Assembly: GCA_951406725.2 (NCBI GenBank)
Contig: OX597819.1
Location: 55,366,001-55,430,000 of the forward strand
DNA length: 64,000 nt
Direction of reading: 5' to 3'
Source of the DNA: Octopus vulgaris
Taxonomy: Eukaryota
In this document: in pieces, positions 10,429 to 22,361 of the stretch
How the letters are laid out: every line of letters starts with the position of its first letter
Position numbering within the stretch: position 1 is the first letter of the stretch
Position numbers and translations under genes: made by a program
Notes under the pieces: generated by a model
What the model was told of the DNA's origin: nothing
The model's input: only the letters and a program-made list of their open reading frames with translations
The model's database searches: none

Positions 10429-11384
10429 GCACACGTGAGAGAATAACTGAACGTGTGCTTCTCAGTATATGTTTTGTCTATATGTGTATGGATGCAGGCA
10501 TGGCTGTGCGACTAAGAAGTTTTCTTGGTAATCATGATGTCACAGGTTTGATTCCACCACAAGACAACCTTGGGTTGGCACAAGTTTTGTAAGAGAAATG
10601 AGCGGAACTGAAACTCCATGAAAGGCATTTAGGAACAACTGTAACTGTAATGACAATATGTCAGTGGTATATTCAGCCACTTGTTAAACTAAACTGGTAA
10701 GAAGTTAATCAAACAAGTGAATGCGCATTGTTGAAACAAACAGAAGAATAGGAGTAGGAGGAGGGAGGGGAAGGGGAGGAGGGGGAAGAGTAGGAGGGAT
10801 AGGAAAGGAGGAGGAGTGGAGGCAGCACTGCTGCTGTGATATCATAGGTATTTTTTTTTATATGTATTTACATTGTAAGAATGTCTTATATCCTATCATG
10901 AAAAATATCTATTGAAATAATATTTCAGTCATAAAATAGATATGATGATGATGATGATGGTCATGGTGGTGTCACTATCATTGTCATCATCAACACAAAT
11001 GTCACTGCTGCCGCTGGTGCCACTGCCGCCGCCACCACCACCATCTGCTTCATAATATTTAGGAGATATTTCAAATGTTTACTACAAAAATACATGCAGC
11101 AAATGAATACCTACAAAATTACTTGCACATTTCATTGTTGTTGAGACTACTGCAACAACAACCACTGCTGCTGTTGCTATTGTTGTAATGAATAAGAATT
11201 ACAAAGTCATTTAAGGCCAATGAACTAAGAAATAATGAATTGCATGATAAAGCAAAGTAAACACATCACTACTTGTTGAGGCACATCCACCTCCCAACCC
11301 CCCAGCTGTGATCTAGAATCAATTGAAGTTAGCAATCAACTGATATTAATTTTAAAATCACTTGATCAAATTCTTAGAGTAGAG

Positions 11385-11768
11385 CTAAGTTCACCACCAT
11401 CAATTTATAACAGGAGAGCTCTCTGCCATCATATTCACTGTGAAGAAAGTTCACCACAAGGAAAGTTTATCAAGAAAATATCCACAGTATCGCTCCAGTG
11501 AACATTCCTTATGGTGAACTTTTCCTGTGGTGAATTGATGACGGTGAATTTTTCCTGTGGTGAATTAATGATGATGAACTTTCCCAACAGTAAATTGATG
11601 ACGGTGAATTTTTCCTGTGGTAAATTGATGACGGTGAACTTTCCATGTGGTGAATTAATGACGGTGAACTTTCCCTACAGTAAATTGATTACGGTGAACT
11701 TTCCCTTTGGTGAATTGATGATAGTGAACTTTCCCTGTGGTGAATTGATGACGGTGAACTTACTGGAC
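11385..11768. repeat. 30-bp tandem array with an inverted degenerate arm (foldback or DNA-transposon-like)
   Basis: GGTGAACTTTCCCTGTGGTGAATTGATGAC x~8 at 11513-11762; reverse-complement units (AAGTTCACCAC, ATTCACTG) at 11387-11470. Confidence 0.7.
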
Positions 11769-12214
11769 ATGAAATTCTGAACATTTGTTTGCATTCATTT
11801 TTTTCTGTTTTTTCTTCATTTTGTTTTAGCCTTATGCCCAAGGAGGATCTAAATCAATCAAGCCCCGTAGATGTCAAAACAGACTGAGAAGAACTGGCAA
11901 TAAGTTACCTATGATATCAAGACATCTAGTCTATTTCAGTCTTCCAGCAACATTTTATATCCTTGTATGTTGGATATATAATTAAATGAAGCAGGGTGCA
12001 AAGAAAGTATTTACACAACACACTACAATTACTCTTACATGAGACTCAATGCTCTAAGTCACGGCTCACAGTAAACTGCTAACCAATCCAAACTGCCAAT
12101 CGCTCACAGCTCTTTAATCTATAACAATGAGCCAGTCCACCTTAAATCACTTTGGAGGTGGGGATTAGAATCGTTCCACAAGTCACATCACAGATTTTAG
12201 TCATGAATGCAGAT

Positions 12215-12500
12215 GTGTGGCCAAGTGGTTAGAGTTTTGCACTCACAATTGCAAGCCCATGGTTTCAATTCCCAGACTTTATGGTGCAATGGGTTTTTGA
12301 GTAAAAACACTTCATTTCTCATTGGTCCACCCTACCCAGCTGTAAATGAGTAACCTTGTGCTAGACAAGCATTATGTTCAGCAGAGTGGTATGTTGTGAT
12401 CTCAATGACTGAAACTGCCATGGAAATTAGGTAACATGCCCTGTAAGGGCTAGGACCCAGGATGGTAATGTCCAGGGATTGATGATGATGATGACGAGGA
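12215..12500 (+). mobile_element. Old tRNA-derived SINE
   Basis: A box TGGCCAAGTGG, B box GGTTTCAATTCCC, CORE-like TTGAGTAAAAACACTTCATTTC, (GAT)n tail. Confidence 0.55.
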
Positions 12501-12997
12501 TTATGATGACGTCCTGATATGTACTGTCCACTCAGAGCTGACCTCAGGTCACACAACAACACACCTACAAAGGACTGATGTTGTCTGAATCCTAATAAAA
12601 GAATCCCCAGACTTATAGAGTGGTTTGAAACATGTAAATACATATTGTTTGTTTGTTTTCCCTTGTGTCTAAATTTATAAGGCAGTGTGGGAATAAGTTT
12701 GTTTGATGTTTGCAGCTTTTCTCAAAATCATTTGTGGTAGAATAGAAATGAACTGAGAATATGACTAGGAAATGAAGTAAATACACAGACTTAACTGACC
12801 ACACTACAATGGTTGCTTGCTTTTTTCAAATGTAAATATTAAAAAAAACAGACAGTAGTTGTGTGGAGGGACAGGCATGGTTGTTTGGTTATGAAGTGTG
12901 TTTCACAACCAAAGGTGCAGGCGTGGCTGCATGGTAAGAAGCAAGACCTAGAGATATCAAATAGGTTGTCAAATGAATAATTAGGTTTGATCTAGAG

Positions 12998-13073
12998 CAG
13001 CGGTTCCCAACCTGGGGTCCATGCATCCCTGGTCATCTGCAAAGGTAGAACTGGGGGTCTGTGAACTAAATTC

Positions 13074-13134
<61 letters not shown>

Positions 13135-13212
13135 AGGATAAGCATATTAAAAAGGGTCCTTGGAATAACTCATTTAAATAAAAGGGTTGGAAACCACCGT
13201 TGGGAACCACTG
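12998..13212. mobile_element. hAT (Charlie-like) MITE
   Basis: TIRs CAGCGGTTCCCAAC / GTTGGGAACCACTG; perfect 8-bp TSD ATCTAGAG at 12990-12997 and 13213-13220. Confidence 0.9.
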
Positions 13213-13236
13213 ATCTAGAGGGATATTGTTCTAAAC

Positions 13237-13424
13237 CAGTACTCCACAACCTTTCTTTCACTTGTGTTACCCTTATATTCTTTTCAAAATTTGGTGGCAC
13301 ACTTGAACTAAAAATATAGCTAAAAGTATAGGGAAAAAAAATTATATTCAACTTAAACTGCAAGGCACCTAGCATTGTCTCATGGCACACCAGTGTGCCA
13401 TGGCATGCCGGTTGCAGAGCACTT
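13237..13424. mobile_element. Degenerate hAT MITE
   Basis: CAGTACTCCACAACC ... GGTTGCAGAGCACT termini with a GGCACACCAGTGTGCC subterminal hairpin. Confidence 0.5.
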
Positions 13425-13665
13425 TTCAAGATGCCCAATGTCACAATGTAATCAAAAAAACACACTGCATATTTCAACAAACAAAGGTTATTATTGTTGT
13501 TATTATTGTAGTTTAATCCTCAGTCAGCCTTGATTGAGTAAGGGCACCCCAGTTGTGACAATCTAGTCAATTTCAGAGAAATATAGGACTAGATTATCTA
13601 ATATGTCCTTTTCTAATTTAAGACGTGTTATTCTGTCACTAAATTATATGTTAATGTTTTGGCGT

Positions 13666-13737
13666 ACCCACTGATGAGAACTTTGCCTGGCAAATTATTT
13701 TATTTGCTAATTAAAGTTTGAAACTCAAGTCAGGCTG
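13666..13737 (+). ncRNA. Putative type-I hammerhead ribozyme with extended stem II (stem I degenerate)
   Basis: CTGATGA core, stem II GAACTTT/AAAGTTT enclosing hairpin TGGCAAAT/ATTTGCTA, then GAAAC-TCAA-GTC. Confidence 0.55.
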
Positions 13738-13831
13738 TAAAAAACATGGTAAAAATCCTTTCATTAATAAATTTTTGGTGCTTTTTGCCACTTAACAACC
13801 CTAACATTAATATATACATGTGTAATGTTAA

Positions 13832-14039
13832 CCCTTTAGTATTCAGATTATTGTCAAGCATAATGCTTACTTATTCAAATTGGTTTGAATTAATTATGCA
13901 TTATCTCACTGCTTCTAAATTTCAACGGTGTGACAATGTATTTTTAGAATGGTAGGTGAGAGAGGCGAAATTTGGTCAGCTTAAACAAAAAACTTGTGGA
14001 ATTGTTGGGCCTGGTATGACTAGTTTAAATGCCAAAGGG
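13832..14039. mobile_element. piggyBac-like MITE
   Basis: TTAA CCCTTTAGTATT ... AATGCCAAAGGG TTAA; related copy at ~61565-61730. Confidence 0.75.
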
Positions 14040-14393
14040 TTAATGTGCATGAACTGTGTCATTCAGTTGAAGTGAGATATAAAATGGGTATAAGAATCAG
14101 AGGTAGAATACAGAAACAAAAGACTGAATTGGTATGCACATGTAATGCATAACAGATGAGTGATCAAAGTGGAAGAAAATTTGAAGAAAGCCAAGGGTGA
14201 GTAGAAGCAATAGTGAAAGTTGATCTCAGGATGCTTAGCCTCACAAAGATGATTATTATTTTCTCTTTATCACAGGTTTTGATGGAGTTCCTGGAGTCTT
14301 GCATGCATAGTGGACTTACTACTTGCAGTCTACGGTACCATGCTATTAATTCTTTTCAGCTATCAAATACTTTCCCGATTATTCTGGCTATGC

Positions 14394-14395
<2 letters not shown>

Positions 14396-14436
<41 letters not shown>

Positions 14437-14574
14437 GAGTGAGAGAGCAGTGCATGCCATCAAAGTGACACTGGGGTAAAATATACGAAGCCCAGTATAC
14501 CCATCATGACTACTTGTCTGATAAGGGTACAGTAGGCACATGCATCACAACCATATATGCGCGACAAGGTGATC
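14396..14574 (-). mobile_element. 5'-truncated retroelement 3' end with (TAA)n tail
   Basis: ~140 nt unique body ending in (AAT)n on the minus strand; it interrupts the adjacent 5S-like sequence at GATC. Confidence 0.5.
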
Positions 14575-14652
14575 ACTGAAGTTAAGCATCATCGAGCCCC
14601 TATTTACTACTTATATGGGTGGCTGCTTGGGAAACCTAGGTGCTGTAAGCAT
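14571..14652 (+). pseudogene. 5S rRNA-derived fragment (3' ~80 nt)
   Basis: GATCACTGAAGTTAAGC...TCGAGCCC...TACTTATATGGGTGGCTGCTTGGGAAACCTAGGTGCTGTAAGC aligns by eye to the 3' two-thirds of metazoan 5S rRNA (box A, IE and box C region). Confidence 0.75.
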
Positions 14653-14707
14653 TTCTTTTAGGCGGTGCCCCAGCATGGCTGCAGTCAAATGACTGAAACA
14701 AATAAAA

Positions 14708-14747
<40 letters not shown>

Positions 14748-14749
<2 letters not shown>

Positions 14750-15050
14750 AGGTGCAATGGCCCAGTGGTTAGGGCAGCGGACGCGTGGTTGTAGGATCGC
14801 GGTTTCGATTCCCTGACTGGGTGCTGTGAGTGTTTATTGAGCAAAAACACCTAAAAAGCTCCATGAGGCTCCGGCAGCAGGTGGTGGCGAACCCTGCTGT
14901 ACTCTTTCGCCACAACTTTCTCTCACTCTTTCTTCTGTTGGCCTGCTTGCTTAGCCAGTGGGGTGGCATCATTTGAAGGCTAAAAAACAATGCAAAGCGC
15001 ATTGTGACCAGCGATGTGTAGCAACATCTGATAGCCTGGTCAGTCACGGT
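14748..15050 (+). mobile_element. tRNA-derived SINE family D, tail type 1
   Basis: Head GGAGGTGCAATGGCCCAGTGGTTAGG...GGTTTCGATTCCC; body CACAACTTTCTCTCACTCTT; tail ...ACATCTGATAGCCTGGTCAGTCACG. Confidence 0.8.
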
Positions 15051-15060
15051 GTTCTCAGTA

Positions 15061-15091
<31 letters not shown>

Positions 15092-15104
15092 CATATATAT
15101 ATAC

Positions 15105-15135
<31 letters not shown>

Positions 15136-15166
15136 CATACATATATATATATATACATATATATAC

Positions 15167-15273
<107 letters not shown>

Positions 15274-15896
15274 TATATAAAATGATGTTTAGAAACCAAA
15301 TCATAATAACAGATACAATGAATGTTGCTTCCACCTGGTTGTGGATAGTTTTCTCGTTAACAGGGAGACTAATTTTGGAATGTGACTTGTCATTTAAAGA
15401 ACAAAACTGATGAAACGGGTGGTGAGTGGTGAAGGGTGAGGTGGGAAAAGGGAGCAGGTTTGTGATGTCAGTTGAGAACAAAGCTGAGAAGATGGCGGCA
15501 TCATAATAGGAAACAATGAGTCAGAGTAGGAACCTCATTGATCTTAGAAAATGTGAAAGAAAATAGGTGAGGAGAGAGGGGGAGGAGGGGAAACATGGAG
15601 CAACAAGAACAGAAGAAACAAAGAAAAAAGAAGCAAGGAAGGAAGGAAAGAGGGAAGGAAGGAAAGAAGGAAGGAAGGTGAGAAATATAAGAGCTAAAAA
15701 TGAAGTTACTATTATTGCAGATTTTATAAGATTTGTTCTGTGGATGTTTCTGTCAAATTAGTTGTCATCTCATTTGGAAACAGACTTGATGCTTAAGGAA
15801 AATTAAGAATAGAGAGAGAGAGAGAGAGTGTGTGTGTGTGTAGGGGACTGTGAAAGAAGGGACATTTGACTATAAAACCTCTACTTTAAATGTACT

Positions 15897-15940
<44 letters not shown>

Positions 15941-16686
15941 TGTGTGTGTGTGTGTGTATGAATGTGTGTGCGTGCGTGCGTGTGTGACGCTCAGCATAGC
16001 TGTGTTGTTAAAAATCACATGGCTTGAAGTTCAGTTCTGCTGTGCAAGTGTCTTTGGCAAGAATCTTTGGGCAAGTGTCTTTTACTATTACTACAGGCTC
16101 AGACCTACTGAAGCCTTGTGAGAAAATTTGGTAGATGGAAACTAAATTATGAGTGTTTGTTTCTGTGCTTGTTTACAATTGTGCTCTGCAAAAGTTGTAT
16201 GCTACAAGCAGAGTTGTTATCACTCCTCTTAACAAATCGTCTGCTCACTTCACGCCTTCAAAGACATGTAAAATATGAGTTCTCTTCCTTGAAAAACTAG
16301 GGTAAGTGCTAGCAACAAGGAAGTCATCTAGCTATAAAGCAATGCTTCAATAATATATTCATCTAACTCATACTGGCACAGGAAAACTGATGTAAGTTGA
16401 AAGAACAGCACTCTACCTGTACTCACACCACTGACCATTTAGCACTGATATCTATCATTCACTTTCATCATTTATCCACCTCCAGCTATTCTTCATTCTC
16501 TAGTGCTGATTCCACAATAAAATGCAGCCTGAACACCCTCTGAGAGTAGGTTCAATCTCAAGTCATACTCAGCTCAGCTGTCTTTGAAATAAAAATGAAG
16601 GAAGAATATCATCTTTACGGAGATGTACTTGCATAGCAAGTGACTTGATCTGAGATCGTGTGTTGGAACGAAAACAATTGCAGTGT

Positions 16687-16907
16687 GGAAGGTATTTTAT
16701 AAGCCATTTAAGTAACACATAAAAACCGTTAGATTCACATCAACATTTAAATTTAATTTGTCAAAATATTTTTGTCGCTTTGAGACTGCGACCTGTTCAC
16801 TGACAAAATTCCATGACAAAATCTAACGGTTTTTGAGTGTTTCTTAAATTCCGTGACAAAATCTAACGGTTTTTGTGTGTTTCTTAAATGGCTTATAAAC
16901 ACCTTCC
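16687..16907. repeat. ~49-bp inverted repeat with internal 40-bp tandem duplication
   Basis: Arms 16687-16735 and 16860-16907; 16806-16845 repeated as 16846-16885. Confidence 0.85.
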
Positions 16908-17299
16908 AAGAATATCATCATCATCTTTTAATGTCCGTTTTCCATGCTGGAGAGCTGCACCAGGTTCCAGTCTGATATGGCTTGGTTTCTTTCTACACCT
17001 GGATGCCTTTCCTAATGCTAACCAATTTACAGGGTCCTGGTGTTTTAATGTAGCACCAGTATGAGCACTCATATGTAGCATCAACACAAATGCCTTTTAA
17101 TTGGCACCAGCTCAGAGAAGTATGGATAACAACGTAGCTTGATAAATATTGTGCCTGAATAAGGTGGGATGGTCAAGATTAGAATGCCTTTGATCACGGG
17201 TCTTCCCAACAAAGATTGGCCTGGTGCTATACAACAACAAATTACCTGCATTGATGTATAAATACTACACACATACGACATACATTGTGGTACAGTATT

Positions 17300-17550
17300 T
17301 CACTTGCACACACACACCAATGTTGTATATAATAATTATTTCACGTTTTGGCACAAAGCCAGCAATTTTAAAGGCAACAAAGTGTTAGTCGATTATGTCA
17401 GTCCAATTCTTGACTGGTATTTTATCAACCCCAAAAGGATGAAAAGCAACGCTGACTTTGGCAGCATTTGAACTCAGAATGCAGAGGGCCAGAAGAGAAG
17501 CAGCTAAGTATTTGTCCAGCACAGTAATGATTCTACCAGCTGGCCACCTT
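17300..17550 (-). mobile_element. tRNA-derived Nin/Deu-domain-like SINE, family C
   Basis: Head GGTGGCCAGCTGGTAGAATC, B box GAGTTCAAAT, central GCTTTTCATCCTTTTGGGGTTGATAAAATACCAG; other copies at ~19200-19420, 20130-20290, 22165-22370, 23550-23710, 43105-43310, 46325-46540 and 49908-50150. Confidence 0.7.
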
Positions 17551-17704
17551 TGTGGCATATGACTTTGCTTACAAAGAACATGCATTGATGCATAATGCAC
17601 ACTGCTCACATACATGATGATGCACAATAGTGCTCACATGACATGCATTGATGCATAATGCTGCATGCATAAATCATGTATTAATGCACAACAGTGCACA
17701 CACG

Positions 17705-18090
17705 CAACATGCAGTATTGCATAAAATACTACTTGCATACAACATGCATAATACTGCATTCATACAACATGCAGTATTGCATAAAATACTACATGCATAC
17801 AACATGCATAATACTGCATTCATACAACATGCAGTATTGCATAAAATACTACTTGCATACAACATGCATAATACTGCATTCATACAACATGCAGTATTGC
17901 ATAAAATACTACTTGCATACAACATGCATAATACTGCATTCATACAACATGCAGTATTGCATAAAATACTACTTGCATACAACATGCATAATACTGCATT
18001 CATACAACATGCAGTATTGCATAAAATACTACTTGCATACAACATGCATAATACTGCATTCATACAACATGCAGTGTTGCATATAACACT
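17705..18090. repeat. 60-bp minisatellite (~6 near-perfect units) within an older degenerate ~30-bp array
   Basis: CAACATGCAGTATTGCATAAAATACTACTTGCATACAACATGCATAATACTGCATTCATA repeated; degenerate relatives span ~17580-21010. Confidence 0.95.
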
Positions 18091-18650
18091 ACATGCATGC
18101 AACACACAACACACTCTGATGCATATAACACAGTGCATATATAATATGCAATGATGTGTAACACTGTGCACGCACACAACAGGCTGGGATGTATATATAA
18201 CAGAGTACACACAATAAAGATTGATGTGTATAACACTGTATACAATGTACACTGTTGTATGATATTGCTCACATATAATACACAGTGGTGTACAACTCTG
18301 CATACACACAACATGCAACATGCACCGATGTATTGGACTACTTCCACAGAATATGCATTAATGCACATAATACTGTACATGAACACAACACTTGTGCACA
18401 ATACTGCAATCATGCAACAAGTATTGATGTACAACGTTGCTCATGCACAACATCCACAACTGTACAGTAGTGCATACATGCAACATGCAGTGAGGTATAT
18501 AATATACTCTTTACATACCACAAGCATTGATGCATAACGCTACATATGCAACATGCTATGATGTATATAATGCATCTCATGTACAATATGCATCTTTGTG
18601 CAATAGTATAATACTGCACACATATTTCAACATGCATTTATGCATAATAT

Positions 18651-18863
18651 TACTCTTTTACTCTTTTACTTGTTTCAGTCATTTGACTGTGGCCATGCCG
18701 GAGCACCGCCTTTAGTCGAGCAAATTGCCCCCAGGACTTATTCTTTGTAAGCCTAGTACTTATTCTATCGGTCTCTTTTGCCGAACCGCTAAGTTACAGG
18801 GACGTAAACACACCAGCATTGGTTGTCAAGCGATGTTGGGGGGGGACAAACACAGACACACAA

Positions 18864-18906
<43 letters not shown>

Positions 18907-19088
18907 TATATATATACATATATACGATGAGCTTCTTTCAGTTTCCGTCTACCAAATCCACTCACAAGGCTTTGGTCAGCCCGAGGCTATAGTAGAAGAC
19001 ACTTGCCCAAGGTGCCATGCAGCAGGACTGAACCCAGAACCATGTGGTTGGTAAGCAAGCTACTTACCACACAGCCAACCCTATGCCT
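18651..19088 (-). mobile_element. SINE family A (full length)
   Basis: Complete head, CORE-like block, (CA)n tract and (AAAAGAGT)n tail. Confidence 0.88.
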
Positions 19089-19546
19089 ATATTGTATACA
19101 TACAACATATGTTGATGCACAATATTGCAACAGGCATTAATGCTGCAAACAAGGTCTGTAAGGGTAACACTGATGGTAATGCTCTGAGCAATAGTTTACT
19201 TATGGTGGCTAGCTAACAGAATTGTTAGAATGCCAGACAACATGTTTAACAGCTTTACTTCTGTCTCTTTATGTGTTCTGGGTCCAAATTCTGCAGAGGT
19301 TGACTTTGTCCTTCATCCTTTTAGGGTCAATAGAATAAATGCCAGTTAAGCATTGGAACCAATGTAATCTGCTTGCTCCTCCCTCAAAATTTCAGGACTT
19401 GTGCCTGTAGTAGAAAGGATTAACAGTGCAAACATATGACAACATACACTGAAGCATCATACGCCACACACACAGACAACATACATAGATATACAATACT
19501 GTTTGCATGCAATATACATAACAGTTTAAATAACGGTCAATCTTTT

Positions 19547-19880
19547 GATTGACCGTTATGTAAACCTCCTCGAGGAATGTGAAGACGCAGGGTTTGTTGG
19601 ACACAGTGTGAGACGACTGTTGTTATCGTCAGGCCTAACTCATCATAAAGTCAATACCACCATGACCAATATCCAAACTACAGTGGAGAAGGCTAGCCAC
19701 TGGATTTTGGTTAAAAAGAGACAATGAGCGATGGCTAGAGAAATAGTGAGCTTTATTTAATAACCAGTTGATCTAGCAAGTGGGGCCTTATATCAGTGAG
19801 GGGGGCCGGTACGCATTGATGCTGTCAAAAGGTAGGCCCCGAAACAGCACACATTCTCTCCTGATGACCCCATACACTTT
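19547..19880 (+). mobile_element. 3' fragment of a restriction-like-endonuclease (HERO/NeSL-like) non-LTR element
   Basis: DRYVNLLEECEDAG/GFVGHSVRRLL...VEKASHWILVKKR resembles the RLE C-terminus with an internal deletion, followed by a GC-richer 3'UTR. Confidence 0.6.
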
Positions 19881-20357
19881 CTGGCTTTCGGTATGCAGAG
19901 TTCTTGACTGGTAGCATTTGCATGTGCAAGTTGTTTGCAAGACAACATAATGTATAATAACGCATATATACAATGTACAAAGATGGACATAAGAGTGCAT
20001 ACATGCAAAGTGCATACATGTATCATACCATGCACATACAACATACATTGATGTATATAATACTGTACACACATAATACACAATGGTGTGTGTGTACAAT
20101 ACTACACACATACAGTATGAATCAGTACATATTGATTTCAAATTTTGGCACAAGGCCCCAGCAAATTTCGAAGGAGAGGATAAGCCGATTACATTGACCC
20201 TAGTGTTCATCTGGTACTTATTTTATTGAAAGGATGAAAGGCAAAGTCAACCTCAGCAAATTTTGAACTCAGAACATATAATGATGGGTGAAATGCTGCC
20301 CAGCATATTAAAGACACAGCCAGCTTGCTGCCTCACCGATGCATCATATTATATACA

Positions 20358-20932
20358 TACATGGAATGAGGTGGTCAAGCATGACCTTCATATGTTGGGC
20401 CTCACAGAGGCTATGACGAAAGACCGAGATCTCTGGAGGTATGCTGTGACTGCGAAGACCTGACAAATGAAGTGAGTTCATGGCGTGCAGGATGGCCTGG
20501 TGTGCGAACCTTGGATCGTAGAGTGACCTGTTGTGCTTAAGGAGACCTATTGAGTCAAGTACGTCAACCCCAACACCAAAGTAAAAATCAAATGGAAATT
20601 GTAGTTATGATACCCATACCGGTGGCACATAAAAAGCACCATCCGAACGTGGCTGATGCCAGCACTACCTGACTGGCGTCCGTGTCGGTGACACATAAAA
20701 AGCATCAACCGACCGTGGCCATTTGCCAGCCTCCTCTGGCCCCTGTGCTGGTGGCACGTAAAAAGCACCCACTATACTCACGGAGTGGTTGGCATTAGGA
20801 AGGGCATCCAGCCGAAGAAACACTGCCAGATCAGACTGGAGCCTGGCGCAGCCTCCTGGCTTCCCAGACCCTGGTCGAACCGTCCAACCCATGCCAGAAT
20901 GGAAAACGGACGTTAAACGACGATGATGATGA
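20358..20932 (+). mobile_element. 5'-truncated RTE LINE (ORF end + long 3'UTR)
   Basis: WNEVVKHDLHMLGLTEAMTKDRDLWRYAVTAKT matches the end of the intact ORF; three 3'UTR modules and a (GAT)n tail. Confidence 0.9.
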
Positions 20933-22361
20933 CAACAAATGTAGATGCACAATACTGCCCACATACAACATGTAATGATGTATATAATGCTGCACACTTC
21001 ACACATACTACATCTGGTTTACAAACTGTTGAGCCTGAGTGCTTGTGATTTCCATTGTTCAAATCATTTCCTTTATCTAGGTCAAGGAGATTTAAAACTA
21101 CGTATTATCAATGTGATAATTCTAACAACAAACAATAATGAAAACCAAGCCATAACCAGATGTTTCTCTGCTAACGAAGCTCAGGATATTTTAATCAGAT
21201 ATCTATAATAACATAAGCCTACTCTACTAATCCCCATTTCTTGTACTGGCAACAGTTCAGCTTTGAGCTCTTCTCTCTGAATAAAACCAGAAAGGATTTC
21301 TTAAGAAAACTTTCTTCAATGTTGATTATTATTTGATTTGCAAACACAACTTTTGTTTAAAGTTTTATCCTTATTTTATATTTCATGCATTGTTTCATCC
21401 CTTACTATTTTCTTCATTCCTTCATTCCTTCTTTTCTCTCTTTTTGTATATTTTCTGCCAGTCTTTCTTTCTCTTCTTTTTGTCTTTATTCAAGATGACC
21501 TTCGTCAGACAGCTTAAATCCAAGTGCGTTTGATATTATATGTCATTTGGATCTTTGTCAAGACAAAAGAGAGAGAGAAGGAATGAGAGAGAGAGAAAGA
21601 GAGAAAGAGAGAGAGAAAGAGAGGGAGGGAGAGAGAGATTCTCAAAATCTTCACAAAAACAGAGTCTGCATCCTTACAAACCATATCAACTAACAACAAC
21701 CTTATTTACTTATGTAAGCAGTAATTTTTCTTAAATATATAATTACTGGTACAACAGTAATTCTCTGGATTTCTTCAACAATTCCATATAAAAAGATACC
21801 CACTTAACATGCCTAACATAAATAGATGCATGAAGAATGTGTGAAATGTATAGCAACATTTAATACTGCATCTAAGATTGTGCACCCAAAGATAATTTCT
21901 TGAGCTTTCAACAGAATCAAAATGACTTTGAGAAAAACCTGTGAGTGACACAAGTCCAATTTTTATAACGTATACAAACTTGTTTACAAAAAAAAAAAAA
22001 TTCTTTCCTGCAAAATTCTATTTTGAAGTACCAGATTTATGTTGTCTCATTTTCTTTGTCAAGCTTTCAGGAAAATAGAAAAGTGTTGATGAAGCACTTG
22101 CATATGTGCAGATGTTTGTTCTTGAGTCAACCAGAATTGAAATGTCAAGCTAGAACTAAATAACAGTTTCAAATTTTGGTAAAAAGCCAGCAAGTTCGGG
22201 GAAGTGGGTACATCAGTTACATCAACCCCAGTAATCAACTGGTGCTTATTTTACTGACCCCCAAAAGAGATGAAAGGCAAGGTTGACCTCAGCAGAAATT
22301 TGAACTCAGAACATGTAGACAGAAGAAATGCTGCTAAGCATTTTGCCTGTCATGCTAATGA

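Noticed and set aside
11790-11970. Possible plus-strand exon (polypyrimidine-TAG at ~11829, GTATGT at ~11965)
   Set aside because: The translation is unrecognisable and such signals are common in AT-rich DNA; RNA evidence would be needed.
17648-18321. His/Cys-rich repeat ORFs as zinc-finger genes, or the array as CRISPR
   Set aside because: Open in several frames on both strands, 20-aa period, no C2H2 spacing and no unique spacers; it is a minisatellite.
19818-19872. GAAAC and CTGATGA in the RLE element 3'UTR as a hammerhead
   Set aside because: Stem II cannot form (CCCC on both sides) and the motif order and pairing do not fit any hammerhead topology.
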